Shown: in pieces, positions 48,344 through 56,374 of the stretch
How positions within the stretch are numbered: position 1 is the first letter of the stretch
Layout: the number at the start of each line of letters is the position of its first letter
Virus record (IMG/VR): IMGVR_UViG_3300025133_000023
Length of the DNA: 64,000 nt
Source: a virus
Direction: 5' to 3' (one strand)
Program-made: the position numbers and the translations under genes
The notes under the pieces: model-generated
What the model was told of the DNA's origin: nothing
Seen by the model: only the letters and a program-made list of their open reading frames with translations
Databases searched by the model: none

Positions 48344-48348
48344 TAGTT

Positions 48349-49008
48349 ATGTTGCTGTTGCTGGCCATTTTGGCCATGGTGTCCCTCGCCACCCTCGTCC
48401 GTCTCCAGATCCGGACGGCGTCGAAGAACCGTTTCACCCTCATCGAGGAGATGATCATCATGGGCCCCATGTGGTTCGTGCTGCTCCCGATCATGTCCTG
48501 GATGTTCCCCGACATCTGGGTGGGAGTGATCGGCCACTTCTTCATGAGCTGGGGGTACGTGTACAACACCGTGCTCACGGGGGTGCTGTGTGTGTCGATC
48601 GGATTGAGTCTGGATCGTCCGACTTATCTCTGGGACAAGCCAACGGCTGTCCTGAGTTCCGTCATCCTCCTGGCCTTCGGCCTGGGCATGATGTGGGACC
48701 GCATCCCCTACGTCCAGTGGGACAGCAACGTGCACCAGTTCCTGAAGGACACCTTCGTCCAGTGGATGAACACCTGTGGCCATGCCATGCTCATCCTCGT
48801 GTGGTTCCGGGCCGCTCGGTACTGGGACTGCACCATGGGTCGGGCCTTCATGAACAGCCTCATGTGCAGTGCCAAGGCCATGCGTCTCACGGTCAGGGTG
48901 CTGAAGCGTGACGGTACCTCGACATGGTCGGCGTTCTGGATCATTGCGATCCTCGCCTTCGCCTTCGGGCACAACGTCGTCGTCCTCTTCAACACAATCG
49001 GATACTAA
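48349..49008 (+). CDS. Multi-pass membrane protein
   Basis: About 6 hydrophobic segments; GC3-rich codons. Confidence 0.75.
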   Translation: MLLLLAILAMVSLATLVRLQIRTASKNRFTLIEEMIIMGPMWFVLLPIMSWMFPDIWVGVIGHFFMSWGYVYNTVLTGVLCVSIGLSLDRPTYLWDKPTAVLSSVILLAFGLGMMWDRIPYVQWDSNVHQFLKDTFVQWMNTCGHAMLILVWFRAARYWDCTMGRAFMNSLMCSAKAMRLTVRVLKRDGTSTWSAFWIIAILAFAFGHNVVVLFNTIGY

Positions 49009-49018
49009 GGAGTAGACA

Positions 49019-49111
49019 ATGCTCATCGATGACGACCTGGGCCTCGCCCTCCACCTGTTCATCAACGAGATGAACCTCAAGATCCTGTTGGGCTACATGA
49101 GCCTCAACTAA
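49019..49111 (+). CDS. Small ORF, 30 aa (MLIDDDLGLALHLF...)
   Basis: SD AAGGAG; same codon style as neighbours. Confidence 0.5.
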   Translation: MLIDDDLGLALHLFINEMNLKILLGYMSLN

Positions 49112-49118
49112 CCTTCTT

Positions 49119-49239
49119 CCCAGGGCTGCGTCTGGAGAAACAACGCAGTAACACCCCATCCAGGGTCACAAGGCCTGGAGCCACAATCTCGTGGTAGCTG
49201 TGGAGTGAGTCGATAAAGGGTAACCAATCCCTGTAGGAG
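49119..49239 (+). ncRNA. Structured element, copy 1 (H-type pseudoknot ... TAACCAAT-loop hairpin)
   Basis: Shares CCCAGGGCTGCGTCTGG, CAACGCAG, ACAAGGCC and GGGTAACCAATCCC with copy 2. Confidence 0.6.
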
Positions 49240-49247
49240 TGCTAGAC

Positions 49248-49532
49248 ATGACCAAGCCTTTCCGTTCTCACTTCTGCCCTCGCTGCCGGCACAAGGGCAG
49301 CACTCAGGTGGACAACATGCGCTGCGACGTCTACCTTTGCGGAGGGCCCCATCAGCGGCAGGAGATCTGGGGAGAGGTCCACGAGTGGCCGTCCCAGAAA
49401 ATCATCGTCCGCCACGGGCGATTCGTTAAGGGTGAGCAGCTCGGTGAGGGCGTGGTCTGGGAGGACCAGATCCTCAACGGCACCACCACCATCGTCAAGG
49501 CCGCGAAGGCCATCCTCAACAAGGAGTCCTAG
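49248..49532 (+). CDS. Hypothetical protein with CPRC motif
   Basis: SD TAGGAG; ORF track. Confidence 0.65.
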   Translation: MTKPFRSHFCPRCRHKGSTQVDNMRCDVYLCGGPHQRQEIWGEVHEWPSQKIIVRHGRFVKGEQLGEGVVWEDQILNGTTTIVKAAKAILNKES

Positions 49533-49533
49533 A

Positions 49534-49698
49534 ATGAAGATCAAGCTTGCCGCAATCATCGAGTTCCTCTACATGGCCCAGCGTGACGGCTGGACCCTGG
49601 ACTTCATCCTGCAGCAGTTGCACTTCGTGCACTCGGGTACGCGGGACGAACGCCTGCACGACAACATGATCGTGCTCATCGAGGCCATTGAGGACTAA
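49534..49698 (+). CDS. Small hypothetical protein, 54 aa
   Basis: ATG after TAGA; SD AAGGAG. Confidence 0.6.
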   Translation: MKIKLAAIIEFLYMAQRDGWTLDFILQQLHFVHSGTRDERLHDNMIVLIEAIED

Positions 49699-49706
49699 CC
49701 AACCTC

Positions 49707-49841
49707 ACCCAGGGCTGCGTCTGGGTTATCAACGCAGGAGCTACAAGGCCACTCGTTCTTGAGTGGTGGGGTGCGAAGGCCTAGGCCCCCGTAAGCAAAG
49801 TAGAGGCATCAACAAGGGGTAACCAATCCCCAAGCTAGGAG
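49707..49841 (+). ncRNA. Structured element, copy 2
   Basis: ACCCAG/CTGGGT and CTGCGT/ACGCAG interleaved stems; GGGG-TAACCAAT-CCCC hairpin. Confidence 0.6.
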
Positions 49842-49849
49842 ATAGTCAG

Positions 49850-50242
49850 ATGACCACGCTCGAATTCGCCACCCGTTTCCCCATGTTCCTCATCCTCCTC
49901 CCCACCCTCATCAGCATGGCGCTCCTCATCTACTGCAGCTGGGAGGATGAGATCGTCGCGGTCTACGACTTCGTCACCATGGGCATCAGCTCCTACCTGC
50001 AGCGCCGCACCGCCATCGTGCTGGAAGAGATGGTCGAAGAGGAGGAGAAGGAGGAGTTCATCTTCCCCGAGGGCATCGACTGGGACGGCGTCGAAGACAT
50101 CACCGAAGATGAGGTCTTCGGCTACATGCCCATCCCGGCTTCTACCCCCGAGGGCCGGCGCCAGCACCAGGCGTTCATGCTGTCTGAAGCCCGCGTGGTG
50201 GGGCAGAACAACGATAACATCGACCGCTGCCCCCGCCGTTAG
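49850..50242 (+). CDS. Membrane-anchored acidic protein
   Basis: N-terminal TM segment; SD. Confidence 0.7.
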   Translation: MTTLEFATRFPMFLILLPTLISMALLIYCSWEDEIVAVYDFVTMGISSYLQRRTAIVLEEMVEEEEKEEFIFPEGIDWDGVEDITEDEVFGYMPIPASTPEGRRQHQAFMLSEARVVGQNNDNIDRCPRR

Positions 50243-50272
50243 TTGGTCTACTCCAACTTCCGTAAGGGGGTC

Positions 50273-50620
50273 ATGATCTGCCGTGAATGCGGTGGTGAGT
50301 GTCCCCTGGGGACGGACGACTACGACAGCGTCATCCACCAGGGTGACTGCTCTCGGCTTCGGGTCATCCGAATGCTGAGGCAGTTCCCCATCATCAGCGA
50401 TCTCGAGGTGCAGGCTCACACCTGCCACGTCGATGGTCGCATCATCGACCACGGGATCAGCCGCACTTGCCCTGCCTGGGGTAGGCTCATGCGGGTCATT
50501 TCCCGTAACCCTGTTCCTGGCTGTTTCTGCAGCAAGGAGCAGATCCTGAAGTGCTACAACAAGCACTTCGTCACCTACGAAGAGGACGTGCTCGCCGCGG
50601 CCTTCTTCATCGAAGACTAG
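50273..50620 (+). CDS. Cys/His-rich hypothetical protein
   Basis: CRECGGEC and other Cys pairs; ATG after AAGGGGG. Confidence 0.6.
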   Translation: MICRECGGECPLGTDDYDSVIHQGDCSRLRVIRMLRQFPIISDLEVQAHTCHVDGRIIDHGISRTCPAWGRLMRVISRNPVPGCFCSKEQILKCYNKHFVTYEEDVLAAAFFIED

Positions 50621-50648
50621 CCCATACAGGGCAGAAAGAGAGAAGCTA

Positions 50649-51275
50649 ATGTCTACCAACAACTACGTCAACCTCTTCATCCACGAGGAGACGGTCAAGC
50701 GCACCAAGGTGCTCAAGTACCGCTCCCGGGTGAAGAAGACCGACCGCCTCGGCCGCAGCTACTACAAGCTCGAGGTCACGATGACCAAGGAGATCAAGGT
50801 CAAGCGCCTGGTCTACCGCGATCAGCGCAACGGACGCTTCGCCAGCAAGGCTGCGTTCCTGGCCGAGCAGGAGGGTGAGGTCCTGCCCCAGGTGTGGCCG
50901 AGTAACCCCATGGGTGAGCTTCCTACGACCACGGTGATGAGCATGGAGGGCATCGACGCCGACTGGAAGGTCAAGAGCGAGCTGCTGGAGGCGGCCTACG
51001 ACAGCCAGGAGCTGGCCGAGTGGATGGAGGGCTTCGACGCCTCCCATCCCGTGGGGAGCAAGGCCGAGAAGCGGCTGCCGACGAGCGAGGCCCGCTACAA
51101 CGAGGTCATGGAGTGGCTGCAGTTCGAGCAGAGCTGGGACCACAGCATCCTCGTGGTGGTGGAAACGCCCGAGCCCCGCGTCCTCAACAACCTGGCCTTC
51201 CAGCAGGCCCGCGTCAAGCTGCTCGTCCGCAAGGGCATGAGCAAGGAAGACGCCTACAACGAGGTGATGGCATGA
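50649..51275 (+). CDS. Hypothetical protein, 208 aa
   Basis: High GC3; basic N-terminal half with RDQRNGRF. Confidence 0.75.
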   Translation: MSTNNYVNLFIHEETVKRTKVLKYRSRVKKTDRLGRSYYKLEVTMTKEIKVKRLVYRDQRNGRFASKAAFLAEQEGEVLPQVWPSNPMGELPTTTVMSMEGIDADWKVKSELLEAAYDSQELAEWMEGFDASHPVGSKAEKRLPTSEARYNEVMEWLQFEQSWDHSILVVVETPEPRVLNNLAFQQARVKLLVRKGMSKEDAYNEVMA

Positions 51276-51784
51276 TCAAGTCTCAGACAAACCCGTGGCT
51301 GCACTTTGGTCGGTGCGTGGACGCTCTTCGGAGTGCTCTGCCCATGGCCAAGTTCCTGTACGAGGGAGATCTCGTTCAGGACCACATGCACACCAACACC
51401 CCCACCCCCACCCTGTTCGTTCGACACGAGTGCGGACGGATCGTGGGCCACGTGCGCTACGACAAGAGCATGGTCTGCAGTCGACGGTACGTGTCCTACT
51501 ACACCCGTCTCAGCGGTGGCAAGGGTGGCGGCGGCGAGGTCACCATCGAGGAGCTCTTGCGGGCGTTCAAGGAGACGTACAAGGACAGCGAGCCGATTCC
51601 CTACCCGCCGAAGCCCCTGTGGCTGGCCGAGAAGAACTACCGCTGGTTCACGTTGCAGATGGCAGTGTCGGAAACGTTCTGGCACATCCTCGACCTCCGG
51701 TTGGATCGGCACAAGTCCGACCAGCGTGTGGGTACCATTCGTCCCGGTCGTGTCAGCGGCTGGGACATCAACTGGAGCCAGTAG
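51272..51784 (+). CDS. Hypothetical protein, 170 aa
   Basis: ATGA overlap with the upstream stop. Confidence 0.65.
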   Translation: MIKSQTNPWLHFGRCVDALRSALPMAKFLYEGDLVQDHMHTNTPTPTLFVRHECGRIVGHVRYDKSMVCSRRYVSYYTRLSGGKGGGGEVTIEELLRAFKETYKDSEPIPYPPKPLWLAEKNYRWFTLQMAVSETFWHILDLRLDRHKSDQRVGTIRPGRVSGWDINWSQ

Positions 51785-51785
51785 C

Positions 51786-51941
51786 ATGGACTTCCCCAAG
51801 ACCAAGGGCGCCACCTACGTCAACCTCCTGAACATTCTGGACCAGCTCCGGTTCCAGAAGTTCATCAATCAGAATCGCTGTGAGGACTGGGTCGTCGAGA
51901 TCTGCTCCTACATGGCACCCATCAACAAGCAGGAGAACTAG
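51786..51941 (+). CDS. Small hypothetical protein, 51 aa
   Basis: TAG-C-ATG junction. Confidence 0.6.
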   Translation: MDFPKTKGATYVNLLNILDQLRFQKFINQNRCEDWVVEICSYMAPINKQEN

Positions 51942-51943
51942 CC

Positions 51944-52126
51944 ATGTTCGAGACCCTTTTCTCTTCCCTGTCCCTTCAGGTGGAACTGGACGGCTTCAAC
52001 AATGCGCTCAAGGCGCTCCAGGCCGAGTACACCGAAGAAATGGACCAGGTCGTCTGGGACTGGTCCTGGGAGCTCGAAGACGACCACATCGCATACGCCA
52101 ACACCCTCACCCCGGCTGTTGCCTAG
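51944..52126 (+). CDS. Small acidic protein, 60 aa
   Basis: SD CAGGAG; ORF track. Confidence 0.65.
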   Translation: MFETLFSSLSLQVELDGFNNALKALQAEYTEEMDQVVWDWSWELEDDHIAYANTLTPAVA

Positions 52127-52177
52127 CTAGACTCAACTCATCCACGCCAGGAATGGCGAGATCAAGGAGAAGAAGTA

Positions 52178-52789
52178 ATGCCCGTTTTCGACCCCAACAA
52201 CCCCAATGATAAGGTGGCCCTGGCCGCCTTCAGCAGCAACCACTTCTACGCCGACACCCGCAACCCGCTCCTCAAGGAGGACAACACCATGACCAGCAAG
52301 CTCAAGAACATCGCCACCCTCGCCCTCATCATCTTCTGCCTGGGGGCGGTGCTGTTCCTCACCATCCGCGCCGTCAGCGTGCTCAGCAACCCCACGAGCA
52401 ACGGCATCATCACCATCCCGTCCTGGGGTGAGGGCGTCCTCCTCTGCGGGGACAAGCACAACAAGGTGACCGAGGGGGACAACCACTACTGGAACGACGT
52501 CTACGGTGCCTGGACGGTCAACGCCGGCCACATGGACGACATCGAGCTGGACGAGCTCAAGTATGTGGCCACCTTCACCTGCCCCTACAACACCAAGGGC
52601 ATCCGGGGCATCGCCACGCACGACCACTTCTTCACCAACGACGGAAAGGAGATCAAGTTCCACGCCGTTCAGATCGTGGAAGAGGGTGTCGACATCAGCA
52701 ACGGTGGACTCAAGACCGCCGACGCTGAGCTGGAGCAGCACATGCGCTACGTGTGTGACCATGACTTCAACGCCATCCTGAGGAAGTAG
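52178..52789 (+). CDS. Membrane-anchored or exported protein; possible second start at 52289
   Basis: Hydrophobic segment after internal AAGGAGG-N8-ATG. Confidence 0.75.
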   Translation: MPVFDPNNPNDKVALAAFSSNHFYADTRNPLLKEDNTMTSKLKNIATLALIIFCLGAVLFLTIRAVSVLSNPTSNGIITIPSWGEGVLLCGDKHNKVTEGDNHYWNDVYGAWTVNAGHMDDIELDELKYVATFTCPYNTKGIRGIATHDHFFTNDGKEIKFHAVQIVEEGVDISNGGLKTADAELEQHMRYVCDHDFNAILRK

Positions 52790-52826
52790 TCGCTAGAAAC
52801 ACCCCAAACTTGAACTGATCGCACTT

Positions 52827-52860
52827 ACTGCTCATGGCCTAATTCTGGGTCATGGGCAGT
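52827..52860 (+). promoter_or_regulatory. 15-bp RNA hairpin with 3 G-U pairs
   Basis: ACTGCTCATGGCCTA-ATTC-TGGGTCATGGGCAGT; no U-tract. Confidence 0.6.
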
Positions 52861-52895
52861 GGGGGTTATTAGTTCAACTGCTCATAGGAGATAGA

Positions 52896-53033
52896 ATGAA
52901 AAGCTGCTTTTCCATCCTTGCCCCCCTGGCGATCATCGCCCTCATCTTTTTCATGGGCCTCACCAAGGCCTTCGTCATCTTCATCATGATCATGATCGTC
53001 GGGGGATTCACCCTCGGCCTGCTGGGAGAATAA
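52896..53033 (+). CDS. Small hydrophobic protein, 45 aa
   Basis: SD TAGGAG; two TM-like segments. Confidence 0.6.
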   Translation: MKSCFSILAPLAIIALIFFMGLTKAFVIFIMIMIVGGFTLGLLGE

Positions 53034-53039
53034 AAATAA

Positions 53040-53405
53040 ATGTCTAGCCTGTTCACCGTTCCCGCCACCAAGTACCTCACCGTTCAGTTCTTCATGGGGA
53101 AGCGCGACGACCGCACGTTCTCGGTGTGGTGCAAGACCAACATGGGCTTCAAGCCCGACGAGCCCCACGAGTGGTACTACGACGTCAAGCTCGGTGAGCC
53201 CGGGGAGCTGATGGTCTCCGTGCCCAAGAGCCACAGCAGCGAGAACTGGTTGCGGTGGGGGGATCGCGGTACCGAGATCGACATCAAGGACGCCTACGAC
53301 TTCCTGGCCCAGCTGGAGAAGGAGCAGTCGCACCGTGGCGACATCAAGCTGACCGTCAACATGCCCCCGTCCGAGTTCAACATCAACTTCGTGGAGGCCA
53401 AGTAG
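53040..53405 (+). CDS. Hypothetical protein, 121 aa
   Basis: ORF track; codon style. Confidence 0.7.
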   Translation: MSSLFTVPATKYLTVQFFMGKRDDRTFSVWCKTNMGFKPDEPHEWYYDVKLGEPGELMVSVPKSHSSENWLRWGDRGTEIDIKDAYDFLAQLEKEQSHRGDIKLTVNMPPSEFNINFVEAK

Positions 53406-53407
53406 TC

Positions 53408-53638
53408 ATGAACAACAACATCGCGCTCATCGTGCTCGGCTGCCTCTGCCTCGGGTGGGTCCAGTTCGCTACCGTCCTCATCGCCTATAGTGCCACTCAG
53501 GCCAAGAGCAAGCCCCTCGGGGTGATGTCGGTGCTGTGCTGGCTCATCCTCGCCTTCCTCTGCTCGGTCATCGTCATCGACCAGTTCATCCTCCTCCCCT
53601 GGTTGGAGGAGACCAACTTCCACGTCTGCGGCAAGTAG
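53408..53638 (+). CDS. Small membrane protein, 76 aa
   Basis: TAGTCATG junction; two TM segments. Confidence 0.65.
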   Translation: MNNNIALIVLGCLCLGWVQFATVLIAYSATQAKSKPLGVMSVLCWLILAFLCSVIVIDQFILLPWLEETNFHVCGK

Positions 53639-53663
53639 CCCGTAGAAGAAAGGAGAATGCTAG

Positions 53664-54068
53664 ATGTCTGAGAAAATCAAGTGGCGGTTCCAGTTCCGTA
53701 CGGGACTGGACAAGCAGTGCAGCTGGACCAACCCCGACGAGATGTATCCACATTTCGATCGAGAGATGATCACCGAAAACATGATCACGGGATTCATGTC
53801 CAAGTACCTTTGGGGACCGAACAAGAAGACGGTCCTCGAAGTTCATGACGAGCACAAGGGTGACAAGCACCTGCAGGACGTGACCGCTGCCAACACCTAC
53901 TGGGTGTGGCGCACCGGCTTCACGATCTACGTGTGCCACGGTGTCCACTTCAAAACCAACAACATCGAGCCCAAGAAGATCGGAGCCCACAAGTGTCACA
54001 TCTCGGAAGAGGTGATCGACACGGTGTGGGAGCTCATGTTCGAGGGTGCGGCTGAGGAGAACGGTTAG
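53664..54068 (+). CDS. Hypothetical protein, 134 aa
   Basis: SD AAGGAG. Confidence 0.7.
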   Translation: MSEKIKWRFQFRTGLDKQCSWTNPDEMYPHFDREMITENMITGFMSKYLWGPNKKTVLEVHDEHKGDKHLQDVTAANTYWVWRTGFTIYVCHGVHFKTNNIEPKKIGAHKCHISEEVIDTVWELMFEGAAEENG

Positions 54069-54254
54069 ATGGCCAAGAAGAAGTTTGAGAGGAACAACAG
54101 TCTCGGGGGACGAACCGCCTCGCGGGTGAACAAGCTGATCTCGCAGCGACGGCAGGTCGCTCTTGACAACCGGTGGGATCGCGGACCTCGCGTGACCACT
54201 ACCAACCGTAACAAGGACTGGAAGCGCATCAGCATCCAGTCCGAGGAGAGCTAG
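54069..54254 (+). CDS. Small basic protein, 61 aa
   Basis: TAG-ATG abutment. Confidence 0.6.
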   Translation: MAKKKFERNNSLGGRTASRVNKLISQRRQVALDNRWDRGPRVTTTNRNKDWKRISIQSEES

Positions 54255-54256
54255 TC

Positions 54257-55105
54257 ATGTTCGGAATAGCACAGCAGTTCAGCGAAGAGGGCCTGACCAA
54301 GAAGGTGCTGGAGCGCGTCTTCTTCCTGGCCTTCGGCGTCTGGGCCATGTTCTTCATCATGGACCACATGGCGAGCACGTGGGCGACTGTCATCGCCTCT
54401 CTCCTGGCGGTGGGTACGGCTCTCAGCAGCTCCCTGCCGCGTTGGGCGTTGCTCTGGTACGAGCGTCGCCACTTCCTGATCGAAATCACCTTCGGGGGGG
54501 TGTCATGGCTCCTCAGCGGGGGAGCTGGCGGCATCGGACTCGTCAACTTCATGTTCGCGTCGACGGCGGCTGTGAGCTTCATCAAGATGCTCAACGCCCG
54601 CCGAGGCACACTCAAGGGAGAAACCTTCTACCAATACCTCCTCAAGAGCCGCTTCCACTGGCTCTTTGCCTACGGGTTCCGACCCATGGACAAGAACTGG
54701 CGATGGCCCTCGACCCGTGTCGAGGACGAGGATGGCGTACACTACGAGTTCGAGAAGGCGGGCTTCCTTGATTGGAAGTACCTGCTCGGGCACTGGCGGA
54801 ATCGATCGATCAAGGGCTACGACTACTGGGTCACGCCTGAAGTCCATCCCATGCCCCCGCTGTGGATGAAGTACGTCAACAGTAGCCAGTACTGGCTTGC
54901 TGTCGATGACCACAACGCTTCGATGGCTTCCAGCCAGCACATGACCCAGCTCGTGGGAGTGCGGAACGAGGCCGTCAAGAAGCTCGAAGAGCTGCTCTCC
55001 AACAAACCCTCCAACAAGAACCAGAACTCGGTGTGGATCGCACGGATGCATCGCCTCCAGATCCTCATCGACTCCCTCAACACCCAGATCGAAGGGATTA
55101 AGTAG
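54257..55105 (+). CDS. Membrane protein, 282 aa
   Basis: Four N-terminal TM-like segments; TAGTCATG junction. Confidence 0.75.
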   Translation: MFGIAQQFSEEGLTKKVLERVFFLAFGVWAMFFIMDHMASTWATVIASLLAVGTALSSSLPRWALLWYERRHFLIEITFGGVSWLLSGGAGGIGLVNFMFASTAAVSFIKMLNARRGTLKGETFYQYLLKSRFHWLFAYGFRPMDKNWRWPSTRVEDEDGVHYEFEKAGFLDWKYLLGHWRNRSIKGYDYWVTPEVHPMPPLWMKYVNSSQYWLAVDDHNASMASSQHMTQLVGVRNEAVKKLEELLSNKPSNKNQNSVWIARMHRLQILIDSLNTQIEGIK

Positions 55106-55107
55106 TA

Positions 55108-55584
55108 ATGAACATCGACAAGCCCAAGTGGGCGCAACTCCTTGACAGCGGAACGGATCTCCTCCTCCGTGGTGGAGACACCATCATGGACAACACCTTG
55201 GGGCGGCTGAAAGCTCCTCTGGCTGATGAGGAAAAGGCCCGCATCTACGTCGAGACCACGACCAATGTCCTCTCCCACACCACGGGAGCGGACCTCGGTG
55301 ACCAGGAGAAGCTGGCGAAGTTGGCAGCGATAGAGGACCAGCTTGCCCAGTATGGCGAGCTCAACCGTCAGCAGCGGAACAGTGTTGGGAAGCAGTTGCT
55401 CAAGGACATGAGCAACCCCGACACGTTCGTCGCGGAAGAAGAGAAGAAGGAAGTGGAAGAGCGTCCCGCGTGGCAGTGGGTGCTGTTCCTCATCGTTAAT
55501 TTGTTTATGCTCCTGTTCAACCGGGGACTCTACACCAACAAGGAGGTCGAGAACTACATCAACCAGAGCAAGGAGAAGAAGTGA
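55108..55584 (+). CDS. Hypothetical protein with C-terminal TM segment
   Basis: ORF track. Confidence 0.7.
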   Translation: MNIDKPKWAQLLDSGTDLLLRGGDTIMDNTLGRLKAPLADEEKARIYVETTTNVLSHTTGADLGDQEKLAKLAAIEDQLAQYGELNRQQRNSVGKQLLKDMSNPDTFVAEEEKKEVEERPAWQWVLFLIVNLFMLLFNRGLYTNKEVENYINQSKEKK

Positions 55585-55835
55585 TGCGTACCAGAATCCT
55601 CATGGTCGGTGAGATCGACGGCGACGGCATCCAGTTCCAGCTGGATGAAACCAAGAACACCTACATGTGGAAGGGTGAAGCCACCCTCGGCTACGGCATC
55701 CACCGCATCGTCCGCGACACGGACATGAACGAGGTGGAAACCCTCCACGATGTTCAGCAGTCCGTTGCTGGCGCCCTGTTCGAGTTCAACAAGCTGGCCG
55801 TCCTGATCAAGGCTGGTGCTTTCAAGTCCAACTAG
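55584..55835 (+). CDS. Hypothetical protein, 83 aa
   Basis: TGATG overlap; SD AAGGAG. Confidence 0.7.
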   Translation: MRTRILMVGEIDGDGIQFQLDETKNTYMWKGEATLGYGIHRIVRDTDMNEVETLHDVQQSVAGALFEFNKLAVLIKAGAFKSN

Positions 55836-55907
55836 AGGAGGCAGAGGAAATGTGCATTCGTGGTCCACCGTCCTTCTCTTCAACAGAGACGGACACCAAC
55901 AACATAC

Positions 55908-55922
55908 GCTCTTGAAAGGAGC
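55908..55922 (+). promoter_or_regulatory. Conserved hairpin, copy 3 (GCTC-TTGAAAG-GAGC)
   Basis: Same loop, compensatory stem change. Confidence 0.65.
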
Positions 55923-55928
55923 AATCTC

Positions 55929-56372
55929 ATGGAAGACATCCGCAACAAGTACTTCATCCTCGAAGACGATATGGGGAACCAGTACGTTGAGTACGCCACC
56001 TCCGACACCCAGGCCTTGGAGCAGGCAGAAGAAAAGTGGCCCACGGTCACCTTCGTCCGCATCACCTTCCACGGAACCAACCCCCCGCTCTGGTACAAGC
56101 AGAGCAACAAGGAGAACAAGATGAACACCAACACCCAGGCCGGATTCACTCTCATCGAGCTCATGATCGTCATCGTGATCATCAGCATCATCGGGGCCCT
56201 GGTCCTCTCCAACTTCGACATCATCGGCACCCTCCTCGGTGCCGTCACGTTCGTCGTGTTCGTGCTCGTGGGTTGCGCCATCAGCGCGGGCTACAGCTCG
56301 GTCAAGTCGATCAAGCAGAAGATGGACAACACGATGTCTTTCACCCCCAACAACAACAAGAAGGGAAACTAG
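55929..56372 (+). CDS. Protein with an internal type IV prepilin-like N-methylation motif (own SD and ATG at 56121)
   Basis: MNTNTQAG-FTLIELMIVIVIISIIGALVL. Confidence 0.8.
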   Translation: MEDIRNKYFILEDDMGNQYVEYATSDTQALEQAEEKWPTVTFVRITFHGTNPPLWYKQSNKENKMNTNTQAGFTLIELMIVIVIISIIGALVLSNFDIIGTLLGAVTFVVFVLVGCAISAGYSSVKSIKQKMDNTMSFTPNNNKKGN

Positions 56373-56374
56373 TC

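Noticed and set aside
49149-49182. CCAGG-GTCACAAGG-CCTGG resembling the twister ribozyme P4 loop
   Set aside because: The other twister elements are not evident and copy 2 lacks this hairpin.
49112-49216. Pseudoknot as a stop-codon readthrough signal (retroviral stop-spacer-pseudoknot geometry)
   Set aside because: Readthrough in copy 1 reaches another TAA after about 34 codons without joining the next gene, so a recoding role is unsupported.
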